NCBI GenBank assembly: GCA_964355925.1
Contig: CAYHFN010000004.1
Location: forward strand, 2,386-66,385
Direction: 5' to 3'
From: an uncultured Chitinophagaceae bacterium
GTDB taxonomy: Bacteria > Bacteroidota > Ignavibacteria > UBA10030 > UBA8401
DNA: 64,000 nucleotides
Positions 50,343 to 60,303 of the stretch are shown here, one piece after another (position 1 is the first letter of the stretch; each line of letters starts with the position of its first letter). A program made the position numbers and the translations under genes. The notes beneath the pieces are model-generated. The model worked only from the letters and a program-made list of their open reading frames with translations, searched no databases and was not told the DNA's origin.

Positions 50343-50853
50343 ATCCTCGGTAATTTTTTATATAACAGTTCTTTTGTTATATAGTTGTGCATCGAAAAAA
50401 TACCAAATTGAAATAGAACCATCGGGGACAAGAATTTTCAAAGGAATGATTGAACGGTCCACTCTTGAACATGATTCTACTTTTACCTGGTTCAAAACAA
50501 ATTACGAAACATACTCAGTCGATTCAATGAGTCTTCAGACGATCAGTGAACTTTCTTATGACATTCATTTCGTGATGGTATTGGGAACATGGTGTGGTGA
50601 TTCTAAAAAAGAAGTTCCCAAATTGTTTAAGGTATTCGATTCTGCAAATATCTCTGAACATAAGATACAATCGATTGGAGTCGATCGGTCGAAAAAAAGT
50701 TATGATGGCTTATCCGATAAATACAATATACAACGTGTACCGACATTGATCGTTTTGAGGGGTGAGCTGGAGCTTGGTCGAATAGTAGAGTATCCAAAAG
50801 AAACGTTGGAGAAGGATATTGTTAAAATATTACAAAACAATAAAGACAAATAA
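50329..50853 (+). CDS. thioredoxin-fold lipoprotein (CxxS variant)
   Basis: Lipobox LLYSC. TWCGDSKKEVP where thioredoxins carry WCxxC, and a cis-Pro region RVPTLIV. Confidence 0.65.
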   Translation: MNVIRSSVIFYITVLLLYSCASKKYQIEIEPSGTRIFKGMIERSTLEHDSTFTWFKTNYETYSVDSMSLQTISELSYDIHFVMVLGTWCGDSKKEVPKLFKVFDSANISEHKIQSIGVDRSKKSYDGLSDKYNIQRVPTLIVLRGELELGRIVEYPKETLEKDIVKILQNNKDK

Positions 50854-50891
50854 AGAAGTCGTACAATTGAGTGTAACTCCATTATTAAATA

Positions 50892-51305
50892 CTAACGAAT
50901 TGTATCTGTTGCACCTTCCATTATCCATTTTTTAAATCCGCGGATTTGATTTACAGTTAATGATCGTTGAGGAGGCATTGGTGCCGTACCATATTGTCCT
51001 TCGATACTCCATATCAGTCTACTTTTTGAAGTATCCTTGACAATTACTACATCGTAAAATCGTTGTTTTAATCCAAGATAATCAGAAAGATCCAAATTGC
51101 TTGCTTTCGTTTTTAGATCATGACATCCTTCTGTTGCACAGCCGATATTGAATAACGGCTGAATTGTCTTATAATAACTGATGTTCGATTCCGGAAAAAC
51201 GATCTTATCGATATTTGAGATAGAATTTGTTGTAGTATCTTCACAAGAATTAAAAATACCGATCACTCCAAATAGCAAGAACATCATAGCAATGACACGT
51301 TTCAT
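50892..51305 (-). CDS. small lipoprotein with PSCyt1-like CX4CH / MPP / W-I-x-x-GA pattern
   Basis: Lipobox IFNSC. GCATEGCHD, TAPMPPQRSL, IRGFKKWIMEGA. ATGA-coupled to the upstream 5'-nucleotidase. Confidence 0.55.
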   Translation of the reverse strand: MKRVIAMMFLLFGVIGIFNSCEDTTTNSISNIDKIVFPESNISYYKTIQPLFNIGCATEGCHDLKTKASNLDLSDYLGLKQRFYDVVIVKDTSKSRLIWSIEGQYGTAPMPPQRSLTVNQIRGFKKWIMEGATDTIR

Positions 51306-52801
51306 TCTTCTGTTTCCTTGATTCTGCCTTCAATGACACTATTGATCACTTTTTGTTTTTTCACTGCTTCGATAGTCACATCACGATCACTGACATTCAA
51401 TATTTTGATCTCCGATGAAGGGATCTCGACATTGAAATATTTTTTAGATTGTGCAGCAACATAATTATTCGTTACGATTGAATATTTCTTTGTATCGACG
51501 ACAAGTTCATTATTTACTTTTAGATTATGAAGCAGCAGTTCGCCGTTCTTGTTTTTATAAACAATCTTTAGACCAGAGATCTGGCAAAAATCATCGCTGA
51601 TCGATAACTGATGTTGGATCATTGTTCGGAGAGCAGCACCGCTGACGGTAAATGTTACCAACATGTTGCCAAACGGACTGATCTCCCATAAATCTCGAAC
51701 TTTGATAACTCCTGCAAGCATTTCTTTCCGAATGCCGCCGCTGTTTTGAATCGCAATATCTGTTTTCGCATAATCACGCATTACATCACAAATCCAATTT
51801 CCAAGATTGCTTTCTCCTTTACCATTTCGCAGCCAGTCTGTTCTCAATTCGCCGATCGGTTCGTCCAATTCCTTTGCAGCGAGAAGTTCCAAATTATTCA
51901 CTTTTGCAGCTATGTCAGGATCCGGTGTAACATCAGCACTTCTGCATTCGATCAATTCTGAATATGAATTCAATACTGTATCTTTTTGAGTGTCAACTGT
52001 TAATTCAATTTTACCGAGCCAGCGACCGCGTGAACCTGCTTGTGTGATCAGAATTCCATTCACTCGTTTTGGTTTGAACAATGGTGTGTGACTATGTCCG
52101 CCGACAATAATATCGATATCTGGGGATTCCAAAGCCAGCAAACTGTCCATGTCAACACCAACATGCGTCAACGCTATAATAAGATCAACATTTTGTTTCT
52201 TCAACTCCGGAACGATCGCATTCACTGTTTCAGATAATTGCTTAACATCCAAATTCTTGACATTATCGGGAAGAGAAAGAGTGTGCAACTCTTCGGTGAT
52301 TAAACCGATAATACCAATCTTTACATTATTGATCGTTTTGATCAAATATGGTGTTGCATAATATTTATTACTTTTCGTATCGATAAGATTTGCGGCAAGG
52401 ATAGTGAATTTGCTTGCTTGAATACTTTCACTGACATTCTCTCTGCCGTAGTCGAATTCATGATTTCCAAGTTCCATAGCATCGGGCATGAGAATATTCA
52501 TCAACTCGATCTGTGAACGACCTTTGGTAATCGTTGAGATGGGGGTTCCTTGAAAATCATCTCCGGCATTCAGTAAAAGTGCGTTTGGCGATTCGGATTT
52601 ATATTTTTTTATATACGATGAAAGTGTTGCACTCCCACCGACATAAAATGTCGTATCGTTGTTCGTGAGTTTACTTTTTGCCTTCACTTGAAATGGAAGA
52701 TTTTGAGCATGAAAATCGTTCCAGTGAAGGATGGTAATTTTTGTTTGTTGTGCACAAAGCACAGAAACAAATAAAATGACAACAGTCAATTTTTTCATCA
52801 T
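51302..52801 (-). CDS. UshA-like bifunctional metallophosphatase / 5'-nucleotidase
   Basis: NDFHA, GDDFQGT, GNHEFD, THVG and GGHSH motifs, plus a 5'-nucleotidase C-terminal domain. Signal peptide. Confidence 0.88.
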   Translation of the reverse strand: MMKKLTVVILFVSVLCAQQTKITILHWNDFHAQNLPFQVKAKSKLTNNDTTFYVGGSATLSSYIKKYKSESPNALLLNAGDDFQGTPISTITKGRSQIELMNILMPDAMELGNHEFDYGRENVSESIQASKFTILAANLIDTKSNKYYATPYLIKTINNVKIGIIGLITEELHTLSLPDNVKNLDVKQLSETVNAIVPELKKQNVDLIIALTHVGVDMDSLLALESPDIDIIVGGHSHTPLFKPKRVNGILITQAGSRGRWLGKIELTVDTQKDTVLNSYSELIECRSADVTPDPDIAAKVNNLELLAAKELDEPIGELRTDWLRNGKGESNLGNWICDVMRDYAKTDIAIQNSGGIRKEMLAGVIKVRDLWEISPFGNMLVTFTVSGAALRTMIQHQLSISDDFCQISGLKIVYKNKNGELLLHNLKVNNELVVDTKKYSIVTNNYVAAQSKKYFNVEIPSSEIKILNVSDRDVTIEAVKKQKVINSVIEGRIKETEE

Positions 52802-52862
52802 ATTCCATATAGTAATTTATTAAATATAATGAATGTTAACGAAAAAAATATTATAATCTTCT

Positions 52863-53564
52863 ATGAAAAAAATATTATACCTCAGTGTAGTGGTAATTTC
52901 ATCATTGTCGGCTCAGGACTTCGGTTATGAATATTTGTTGCTTTCCGAGTATAGAGCGATTGGTGCCAGTTATGCTCAACAGAAATTCTTCCCTCGTTCA
53001 TCCAATACTCTTTCTGACTCAAGTGCGATTCGTTTTTCAACAGCATTGCCGTTCATTGAACTCCGCCAGAATAACGGACGGTTAGGAATAGGATATCAAA
53101 CATTTTCCGATAACAATGGAAAGAAAAAGGAATCTTTTTCCGTCTATGGCGAAACTCATAACGATCTTGTATTAACTAATCGTAAAGATCAAAAAGCTGT
53201 ATTTGCCATTCCAATTATTGTCGCGGCAAACTATGTTCGTGCAGAATCTCCGAATAATAGATCAAAAGATTTTGATATTGGAAGTCTTGGATTGGGAACA
53301 GGCTTGAAGTTCAAGCATTTTGAGCGAAGTTTTGGATTACAGGTGTTTGTTGTTGGAACGTTATATTACGCTTCTGAGGGTTTTAGCACAGAATATGGTT
53401 CGCAAAACTCTATTTCCGCCGAGATTCAATGTATTATTCCGGAATTTATCTATGAGGGGATCATCGTGGGATATCGTTTTGAATCTCAACGATGGAATAT
53501 GAATGATACATCACTCAATTATCAACGGCAGTACAATGGCATTTTCTTTGGGTTTCTTTTTTAA
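52863..53564 (+). CDS. hypothetical secreted protein, beta-barrel-like
   Basis: Signal peptide MKKILYLSVVVISSLSAQ, alternating hydrophobic pattern, C-terminal aromatic (GFLF). Confidence 0.5.
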   Translation: MKKILYLSVVVISSLSAQDFGYEYLLLSEYRAIGASYAQQKFFPRSSNTLSDSSAIRFSTALPFIELRQNNGRLGIGYQTFSDNNGKKKESFSVYGETHNDLVLTNRKDQKAVFAIPIIVAANYVRAESPNNRSKDFDIGSLGLGTGLKFKHFERSFGLQVFVVGTLYYASEGFSTEYGSQNSISAEIQCIIPEFIYEGIIVGYRFESQRWNMNDTSLNYQRQYNGIFFGFLF

Positions 53565-53571
53565 GCAGTGT

Positions 53572-54990
53572 TCAGTTCTTTTTGACCATTGATCCAATCT
53601 GTCTGATATATTCATTGACATCGAATTTATTTTTGCATCCGTTGTAGTTCATATACCGAATCTTTCCGAATACCGGTCTGTCAAACCACGCACGGTCGTG
53701 AACGCCGCCAATACTCCACGCAAGTCCGGTATAACCATTTGGATCTCGCCCGTCCAATTCGTATTTATCGTTCAAATAATTTCCTATCAGAAGAGCTTCT
53801 TCAGGTGAGGGAGTCCATTCGAGAATTTTTTTCGCCCAGTACATCCGCATATACCCATGCATTTTTCCAAAATAAACCATTTGATTCTGTGCAGCATTCC
53901 AGAGATCATCATGCGTTAACGCCTGTTCGAATTGTTCCAACGTATATACATATTCTCTTTTATCATTACGATGTTCATTGATCGATAATTGAGCCCAAGC
54001 TGGGAACCCTTCGAACTTTTCATAATTCCGATTGTAATGTGTGAAATTATCAGAGATTTCTCTGCGGACAATCAGCTCTTCCAATAAAGCTTCTTCATTT
54101 CCGAGATTATTTGCAGATCCATTCTTATTTTTTTGCACTACCTCCTGAATATTCTTGCCTGTTATTTTTACAATTTCAAGAGCAACGCGCTGCGGTGCAA
54201 GGTGACCAAAGTGTAAAAATGGAGAAAGATTTGATTGTCCATTTAGCGTAGGATTGTTTCTAGCACTATCATAAAGCGACAAGTGTTTCTTCAAAAAATC
54301 TTTCATACTTGACAATGCCGATGCTTCGCCCGGAATGATCCAATCGACTTCTTTCACAGTGCGGTTGATAGTTAAACTTTTTTTTGCCTTTTCCCAATCG
54401 ATAATAGGAACAATGTCATTCCAAATGAATGGATGTTTTCGAACAGCAGGGAATTCATCAAGAAATTCAGGAAGGAGACGATGAATCTTTGGTCTAATCG
54501 TATAGGCACCAAATTCTTGTTTGTCCGAAGCAATACGGGTTGGAACAATATTGTGAGCATCAACTTCATAGAAGGATGCATTGATCTTCTCAGACACAGC
54601 ATTCTTAAAATAGTTTACAACATTTAAAGGATTAAAATCTGCGACGAGTTTTGACACATTATTCCGAGAAACAAATTTCGGAATTTCTTGTTCAGGAGTT
54701 CCTAGTAAAAGGTAGAATGGAATGTTTTTTTCTTTCAGAAGAAGTTCAGTCTCTTGGAATCCTTTGAGAATAAATCCATATGCTCGTTCCGTCGCTTCGA
54801 GGAATGTTGGGGGAAGGCAAAAAACAACAGCAAACGGCATTTTATATTTTATGGCAAGTGATTGGGCGAATAACAATGCCCAATTATCATTCATCCTCAT
54901 CTCGCGTCCCATCCAATACGCAACGGTTCCATTCACATGAGGACACTCTTTGATAATGTGTATCCGTTTTGGATTGATTGGTGATGCCAT
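53572..54990 (-). CDS. phr: class II CPD deoxyribodipyrimidine photolyase
   Basis: VAYWMGREMRMNDNWALLFAQ N-terminal pattern and an FAD-binding C-terminal region (HGYMRMYWAKKILEW). Confidence 0.85.
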   Translation of the reverse strand: MASPINPKRIHIIKECPHVNGTVAYWMGREMRMNDNWALLFAQSLAIKYKMPFAVVFCLPPTFLEATERAYGFILKGFQETELLLKEKNIPFYLLLGTPEQEIPKFVSRNNVSKLVADFNPLNVVNYFKNAVSEKINASFYEVDAHNIVPTRIASDKQEFGAYTIRPKIHRLLPEFLDEFPAVRKHPFIWNDIVPIIDWEKAKKSLTINRTVKEVDWIIPGEASALSSMKDFLKKHLSLYDSARNNPTLNGQSNLSPFLHFGHLAPQRVALEIVKITGKNIQEVVQKNKNGSANNLGNEEALLEELIVRREISDNFTHYNRNYEKFEGFPAWAQLSINEHRNDKREYVYTLEQFEQALTHDDLWNAAQNQMVYFGKMHGYMRMYWAKKILEWTPSPEEALLIGNYLNDKYELDGRDPNGYTGLAWSIGGVHDRAWFDRPVFGKIRYMNYNGCKNKFDVNEYIRQIGSMVKKN

Positions 54991-56994
54991 CTATTTTATC
55001 AGTGTCAATTTCTTTGTCGAAATAAAATCCAAAGATTGAATGGAATAATAATAGACTCCAGAAGCAAGTGATCCTGCATCAAATGTAACGACATGACTTC
55101 CCGCAGGGCGTTCCTCATTTAATAACTGCATCATTTTTTTGCCTAATAGATCATAGATTGTGATATTGACATTACCGGAACGAGCAATATCAAACCGAAT
55201 ATTTGTTGTTGGATTGAATGGATTAGGGTAATTTTGATACAGTTCATAGCTCAATGGTTGTTTTGTTTCCTTTTGAATTCCAACAGCAAGTATTGCAGTT
55301 TTTAAAACAATATTATTGTTAGGATCAAAAACAACATTCAGTGGTTTCTTGTCGAATGCCCAAGTGAACATTTGATTATTCTTTAAATTCATAACACGGA
55401 GGGTTGTATCTTTTCCGTTCTCAAAACTTATTTTGACTTCGATCGGCATTTTAAAGAACGCGGGTTTTATTTGCGTCTGTTGTGTATTGAATTCAACGTT
55501 CCAATGAGAATTATCCATTTGGATAATGTTGTAACCATTTTGATATAAAGGATGATTTGCAGAATAGACCCATTGGTTAAAAAACCATGTTAGATCTTGT
55601 CCGGTTGATTGATTGATCTTTTGAACAAAATCTTCGGTTACTGTATTCTTTAATTTGAAAAGGATCGTATCTGTTGCATATTCTTTTATAGCTTTGAAAA
55701 AAATAGAATCGCCTAGAACATATCGAAGCATGTGCAGAACGCAAGCACCTTTGTTATATGTAATTGCAGTGTTAAACAGAGTTCCTGTTCCAGGTGTTGT
55801 TTCTGCCCATGCAGGATTATAAATTGGCCATCCGGGATTAGCAGACCGATAAGAACTTGCATCAGCGTCAATGTCGCCTTTGTACGCGGCATATCCGTTT
55901 GTATATTCCAACCAAATTGCCTCTAGATATGTTGCAAAGCCTTCATTCAACCAAATATCAGCCCACGTTCCGCAGGTGATCATATCACCGAACCATTGAT
56001 GTCCATATTCATGCGATACAAGATTTTCCGACCAACAATTTGGACATAGACTTGTCAAAGTTTGGTTTTCCATGCCGCCCCATGTAAAGAGATTATTGAG
56101 CGTTGCGAATCCATTTTTTTCAAAAGGATGTTCACCAAATAATTTTGAATATTGGTCTGTCATCGGAATAATTTTTGATTTAATGTTATTGAGATTTGTT
56201 GTATTCTCACCAGCATTCCAATAAAAATATATTGGAATACTATCATTTGTGTTTGAAAATTTCTTCCAATATATGACATCGAGGTTGAAACCAACTTTAG
56301 CTGATATGACAACCAGATAAGTGGAAACCGGATCTTTACTGACCCAACGAAACCATAGAGAATCTGCATTACGTACTGTATCAATTAATTTCCCATTTGA
56401 ACCGAGCTTCACACTTGCCGGAACTTTTGCTGTAAGATCGATCGTAGCTTTATCCGATGGTTTATCCCAACACGGAAACCATTTTCGCGCGCCCTCAGGT
56501 TCTGCATCGGTAAACACCATTCCGTTACTAACATAAAACGCACCATCGCTGATATTGAGATGACGGTAATAAATTTTTATTGTTACAATATCTTGAGCCT
56601 TGTATGTTGAATCGAGTGTTATTGTCAGGATATCACCTGAATGAACAAACGACTTTCCAGATAAACGTACGGAATCAATTACCAATGAGGTATTCACTGC
56701 ATTGAGAGAAATTGAATTCAGAATTGTATCCGCACGAAGGGTGATTACTTCGGTTCCCGAAAATGATTTAGGAAATGGGGAAATGAAGCAAGAATAAATA
56801 TTAAGATTTAAAGTATAATTAAGAACATCAAAAGAATGTTTCGGCGAACCGGGTGAAGAATACTTATTCAGCGATGGTGTTGCGCGCTGCATTTTCCCTT
56901 CGGAACAAAGTTCCGCTCCGGATTTGACTTTTTCCTGTGCGTGGACATGGAATGAAACAAAAAACAATGAGAAAGCGAGAAGAATATTTTTCAT
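54991..56994 (-). CDS. M1-family zinc aminopeptidase with T9SS C-terminal sorting domain
   Basis: GGMEN, HEYGHQWFGD, WLNEGFATY. Tail NYPNPFNPTTNIRF...GVYYY. Confidence 0.88.
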   Translation of the reverse strand: MKNILLAFSLFFVSFHVHAQEKVKSGAELCSEGKMQRATPSLNKYSSPGSPKHSFDVLNYTLNLNIYSCFISPFPKSFSGTEVITLRADTILNSISLNAVNTSLVIDSVRLSGKSFVHSGDILTITLDSTYKAQDIVTIKIYYRHLNISDGAFYVSNGMVFTDAEPEGARKWFPCWDKPSDKATIDLTAKVPASVKLGSNGKLIDTVRNADSLWFRWVSKDPVSTYLVVISAKVGFNLDVIYWKKFSNTNDSIPIYFYWNAGENTTNLNNIKSKIIPMTDQYSKLFGEHPFEKNGFATLNNLFTWGGMENQTLTSLCPNCWSENLVSHEYGHQWFGDMITCGTWADIWLNEGFATYLEAIWLEYTNGYAAYKGDIDADASSYRSANPGWPIYNPAWAETTPGTGTLFNTAITYNKGACVLHMLRYVLGDSIFFKAIKEYATDTILFKLKNTVTEDFVQKINQSTGQDLTWFFNQWVYSANHPLYQNGYNIIQMDNSHWNVEFNTQQTQIKPAFFKMPIEVKISFENGKDTTLRVMNLKNNQMFTWAFDKKPLNVVFDPNNNIVLKTAILAVGIQKETKQPLSYELYQNYPNPFNPTTNIRFDIARSGNVNITIYDLLGKKMMQLLNEERPAGSHVVTFDAGSLASGVYYYSIQSLDFISTKKLTLIK

Positions 56995-57108
56995 ATAGTG
57001 ACTTTCAAAATGATTTATCTAATCTTGAAACTGTTTCTATTATGGTACAAAGATAAGAAAAGTTAGGGAAGAATTTGCAGTGATTTCCAAAAATCTAATA
57101 GTGTGGCT

Positions 57109-58782
57109 TCATTTATTTTGAGCTGCCAAAATTTGACTCGAAATATCGTCGATTCCGATTTTGCTGGAATTCCAAATTACAATCGGAGTAATATTAAATT
57201 TGTTGATGATTGCATTAATGTGAGAATTACGAATAACGATAATGATTGTGCCTGAATAGATTTGTAGTATCTCATGCAAAGGATTAGCCCAACCGCTTCC
57301 ACTTTGCTCGAGCGGTCCGATCTCATCGATGATTACCACATCACATTTACCGATCGTTAAGAACGATAGAGCATTTCTTCCAAACTGGATCGCTTCTGGA
57401 AAGAATTTGAACGGTCCCGCACTGATTCCTGTATCGTGCACATCGGTTCGGCAAAGCGGGATAATGATCCCAGAATCGATATTGAGAATATCATACCCGT
57501 AGCGTAGGTCATTCTTCCACAAACCGATCTGTAAAATACCACCGACCGTTAAATTTTTCAATTTTAATTTAGGAAGCAGCTTTCGCAGAATTGATGTTTT
57601 TCCGCTTCCTTTTTCACCACTTAAAATGAAGACTCTCGATGCAGTCATTTGTCGTTTTTGAATCTCATTTGTATATGCAAGGATCCTTGATAACGAATCT
57701 ATCGGGTGCATAAAAAATGTTTTTTCTTGCTGTAATGAATCAATGATTGACGGCAAAGCCCCGAACGCTGCATCTACTGCAAGTGAAAAATTCTTCATCC
57801 GTCTTTTGAATAAATAATTTACAATAACCGGATTTCTTAATTCAACAGTAATAGCAGTGAAAATGGAAACGACAAAGATAGCACGAAAAAACATCTGAAG
57901 GCCGATGATAATTCCCACGGTTCGATCTCCGAGTGCAAATTCTCCGAGGACAATTCCGGCAATAATTGAAACAATTCCTATCTCACCCCAGAAAACCCAT
58001 CGCTTGAATCTTTTACGAACATGTTGATAATGATACAGACAAAAGGGAATATAGAAAAGAAAAATGGCTGATTGAAAAATAAGACCGCACGTTAGAACAA
58101 GAAGGTGTGCGACAAGTAATAATGCTGAGAAATGAACTGCAGCATCTTCAACTATTTTTGATAGTTGAGGAAACGTTTCAATGTAGTTTTGACTTGATTG
58201 GGAAATTATTGCAGCTCTTTTTCCAACTATCATACCAATGACGGCTGCAAATATTCCAAATAAAATGTTGAGAATAATAACAGCAATAATGACATCGCTC
58301 GGACTTAATGTTGAGATACGTAAACTTTTTGATGCAAATTCGACTAATTTTTCAAACAATAAAGCTATATCCATTCCGTAAGTGAATAGATAGGTTAGCA
58401 ATTTCTGTATAACCGGAATTGTACAGGCAACAGCTCCTCCAACAACGTACCCCAGAGCATTTCCGCCGAACAACCTGATCGCGGTTTCAACGAACAATGC
58501 TTCAGCTGTAATTCCGATCATTGGACCAAAGATGGTAGAACTCAGTGATACTGATTTCATCACCGCACAAATGAGACCGGCTCTCCATACGATCCCTTTT
58601 TCTTTCCATAAGGAATGTCCTGCGATCAACAAAGTAATTCCTAGTGCTGAAAGTATGGTACCGGTCAGCGGAAATTTTATATTATGCAAAAAACTACCGA
58701 CTACGATTTCGAGTGAAGCCCACACGCTTCCGAGCAATGCGGCTTTCTGCCAGCGTTGATTTATCATTGGTATTTGGATCAA
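57109..58782 (-). CDS. fusion protein: polytopic membrane region (about 370 aa) + C-terminal P-loop NTPase (THEP1/DUF2478-like)
   Basis: About 10 hydrophobic segments. Then VFILSGEKGSGKTS (Walker A) and VVIIDEIGPLE (Walker B). Confidence 0.7.
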   Translation of the reverse strand: MIQIPMINQRWQKAALLGSVWASLEIVVGSFLHNIKFPLTGTILSALGITLLIAGHSLWKEKGIVWRAGLICAVMKSVSLSSTIFGPMIGITAEALFVETAIRLFGGNALGYVVGGAVACTIPVIQKLLTYLFTYGMDIALLFEKLVEFASKSLRISTLSPSDVIIAVIILNILFGIFAAVIGMIVGKRAAIISQSSQNYIETFPQLSKIVEDAAVHFSALLLVAHLLVLTCGLIFQSAIFLFYIPFCLYHYQHVRKRFKRWVFWGEIGIVSIIAGIVLGEFALGDRTVGIIIGLQMFFRAIFVVSIFTAITVELRNPVIVNYLFKRRMKNFSLAVDAAFGALPSIIDSLQQEKTFFMHPIDSLSRILAYTNEIQKRQMTASRVFILSGEKGSGKTSILRKLLPKLKLKNLTVGGILQIGLWKNDLRYGYDILNIDSGIIIPLCRTDVHDTGISAGPFKFFPEAIQFGRNALSFLTIGKCDVVIIDEIGPLEQSGSGWANPLHEILQIYSGTIIIVIRNSHINAIINKFNITPIVIWNSSKIGIDDISSQILAAQNK

Positions 58783-59031
58783 AGATGTTTGTAATTATGT
58801 TGTTGCTAAATTTATAGTCTTAAGAAAACTTCTAAAAAAATCTCGAAGCAATCTTGTTTTTGTTTATTTTAAAAGATTGCTTCGTCGCTTCGCTCCCTGC
58901 AAATGACTTTTAAGGAGTCAATCACTATAAAATATCTCACAAAGGTACAAATTCCTAATATATCTAGTTAAAATTTATCGCGTTGAACTATAGGGGGAAT
59001 ATACTTACATTATTTAATACAAAAAGTATTG

Positions 59032-60303
59032 ATGGAAAACAGAGAATATAAATATGCTCCGCCTCGTTTTGTTACCGGACTAAAATGCTTCATCTGCGGT
59101 TCGGTGTACGGCTATAGCAATGTTCAAACCTGTCCTCAATGCGGTATCGAAGGAATCCTCGATGTCCAATATGATTACGATGAGATAAAACCAAATCTTA
59201 AATCTCAAATCTCAAATCGCTCTTTTAATCACTGGCGTTACAAAGAATTACTTCCGATCTCGGACGATATCCAACTTCCGCATTTACATGTCGGCTGGAC
59301 TCCTGTCTATGATGTTCCGCACCTTGCATCGCATCTTGGAATAAAGAAAGTATTTGTAAAAGATGACGGACGAAATCCGACAAATTCATTTAAAGATCGT
59401 GCGAGTTCCGTTGGAGTTTTGAAAGCCATTGAATTTGGTTTTGATACCATCGCGTGTGCTTCAACAGGAAATGCGGCATCGTCACTCGCCGGATTTTCTG
59501 CGGCGGTTGGTTTGAAGAGTTATATTTTTGTTCCGCAGCGCGCACCAGAACCGAAAGTAACACAACTTCTTGTTTTTGGCGCGACTGTTCTTAAAGTTCA
59601 AGGAACGTATGAAAACGCATTCGATCTTTGCCGTGAAGCGTGTGAAAAATTTGGATGGTATAATAGAAACAGCGGAACAAATCCGTTCTTAGTAGAAGGA
59701 AAGAAGACTGCAGGATTGGAAATTGCAGAACAATGTGCGAACGATCTTCCTGATTGGTTGGTGGTTTCTGTCGGCGACGGATGCACGATTGGCGGAATTG
59801 GAAAAGGTTTGCAGGAAATGAAACGTCTTGGATTCATTGACCGTGTTCCGCGATTATTGGGAGTTCAGGCAGAAGGTGCAAGGGCAATGGTCAATGCATT
59901 TATTTCCGGTAACGATCTTGTTCCTACCGATACCAACACGATTGCTGACAGTATTGCTGTCGGCACTCCGCGCAATTGGCGAAGGGCAATACGACAAATA
60001 AAACTGTCGCACGGAGAAATGATCACTGTTTCTGATGAAGAAATTCTTGAAGCAATGAAAACCACCGCGCGTCTTGGGGGTATTTTCGGCGAACCCGCTG
60101 GAGTGACTGCCTCTGCAGGATTAAAATGTGCATTAGAAAAACAAATTATTAGATCAAATGAATCTGCTTTGGTTATTATAACCGGGAACGGATTAAAAGA
60201 TATTCAATCTGCAAAACAAGCTGTTGGAGATCCGATTAGTTTATCGCCTACACTTGAAGCGTTAACGGCAGCTCTTTCATCCCGAAATATAAATAATTTT
60301 TGA
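59032..60303 (+). CDS. threonine-synthase-like fold-type II PLP enzyme with N-terminal zinc ribbon
   Basis: CFICGSVY...CPQCG. PLP-lysine motif NPTNSFKDR. GNAASS and the glycine loop GDGCTIGG. Confidence 0.8.
   Translation: MENREYKYAPPRFVTGLKCFICGSVYGYSNVQTCPQCGIEGILDVQYDYDEIKPNLKSQISNRSFNHWRYKELLPISDDIQLPHLHVGWTPVYDVPHLASHLGIKKVFVKDDGRNPTNSFKDRASSVGVLKAIEFGFDTIACASTGNAASSLAGFSAAVGLKSYIFVPQRAPEPKVTQLLVFGATVLKVQGTYENAFDLCREACEKFGWYNRNSGTNPFLVEGKKTAGLEIAEQCANDLPDWLVVSVGDGCTIGGIGKGLQEMKRLGFIDRVPRLLGVQAEGARAMVNAFISGNDLVPTDTNTIADSIAVGTPRNWRRAIRQIKLSHGEMITVSDEEILEAMKTTARLGGIFGEPAGVTASAGLKCALEKQIIRSNESALVIITGNGLKDIQSAKQAVGDPISLSPTLEALTAALSSRNINNF

Noticed and set aside
54988-54993. Zero-nucleotide junction between the M1 aminopeptidase stop and the photolyase start as a functional link
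   Set aside because: Tight packing is the norm across this window, and there is no biological rationale or supporting motif.
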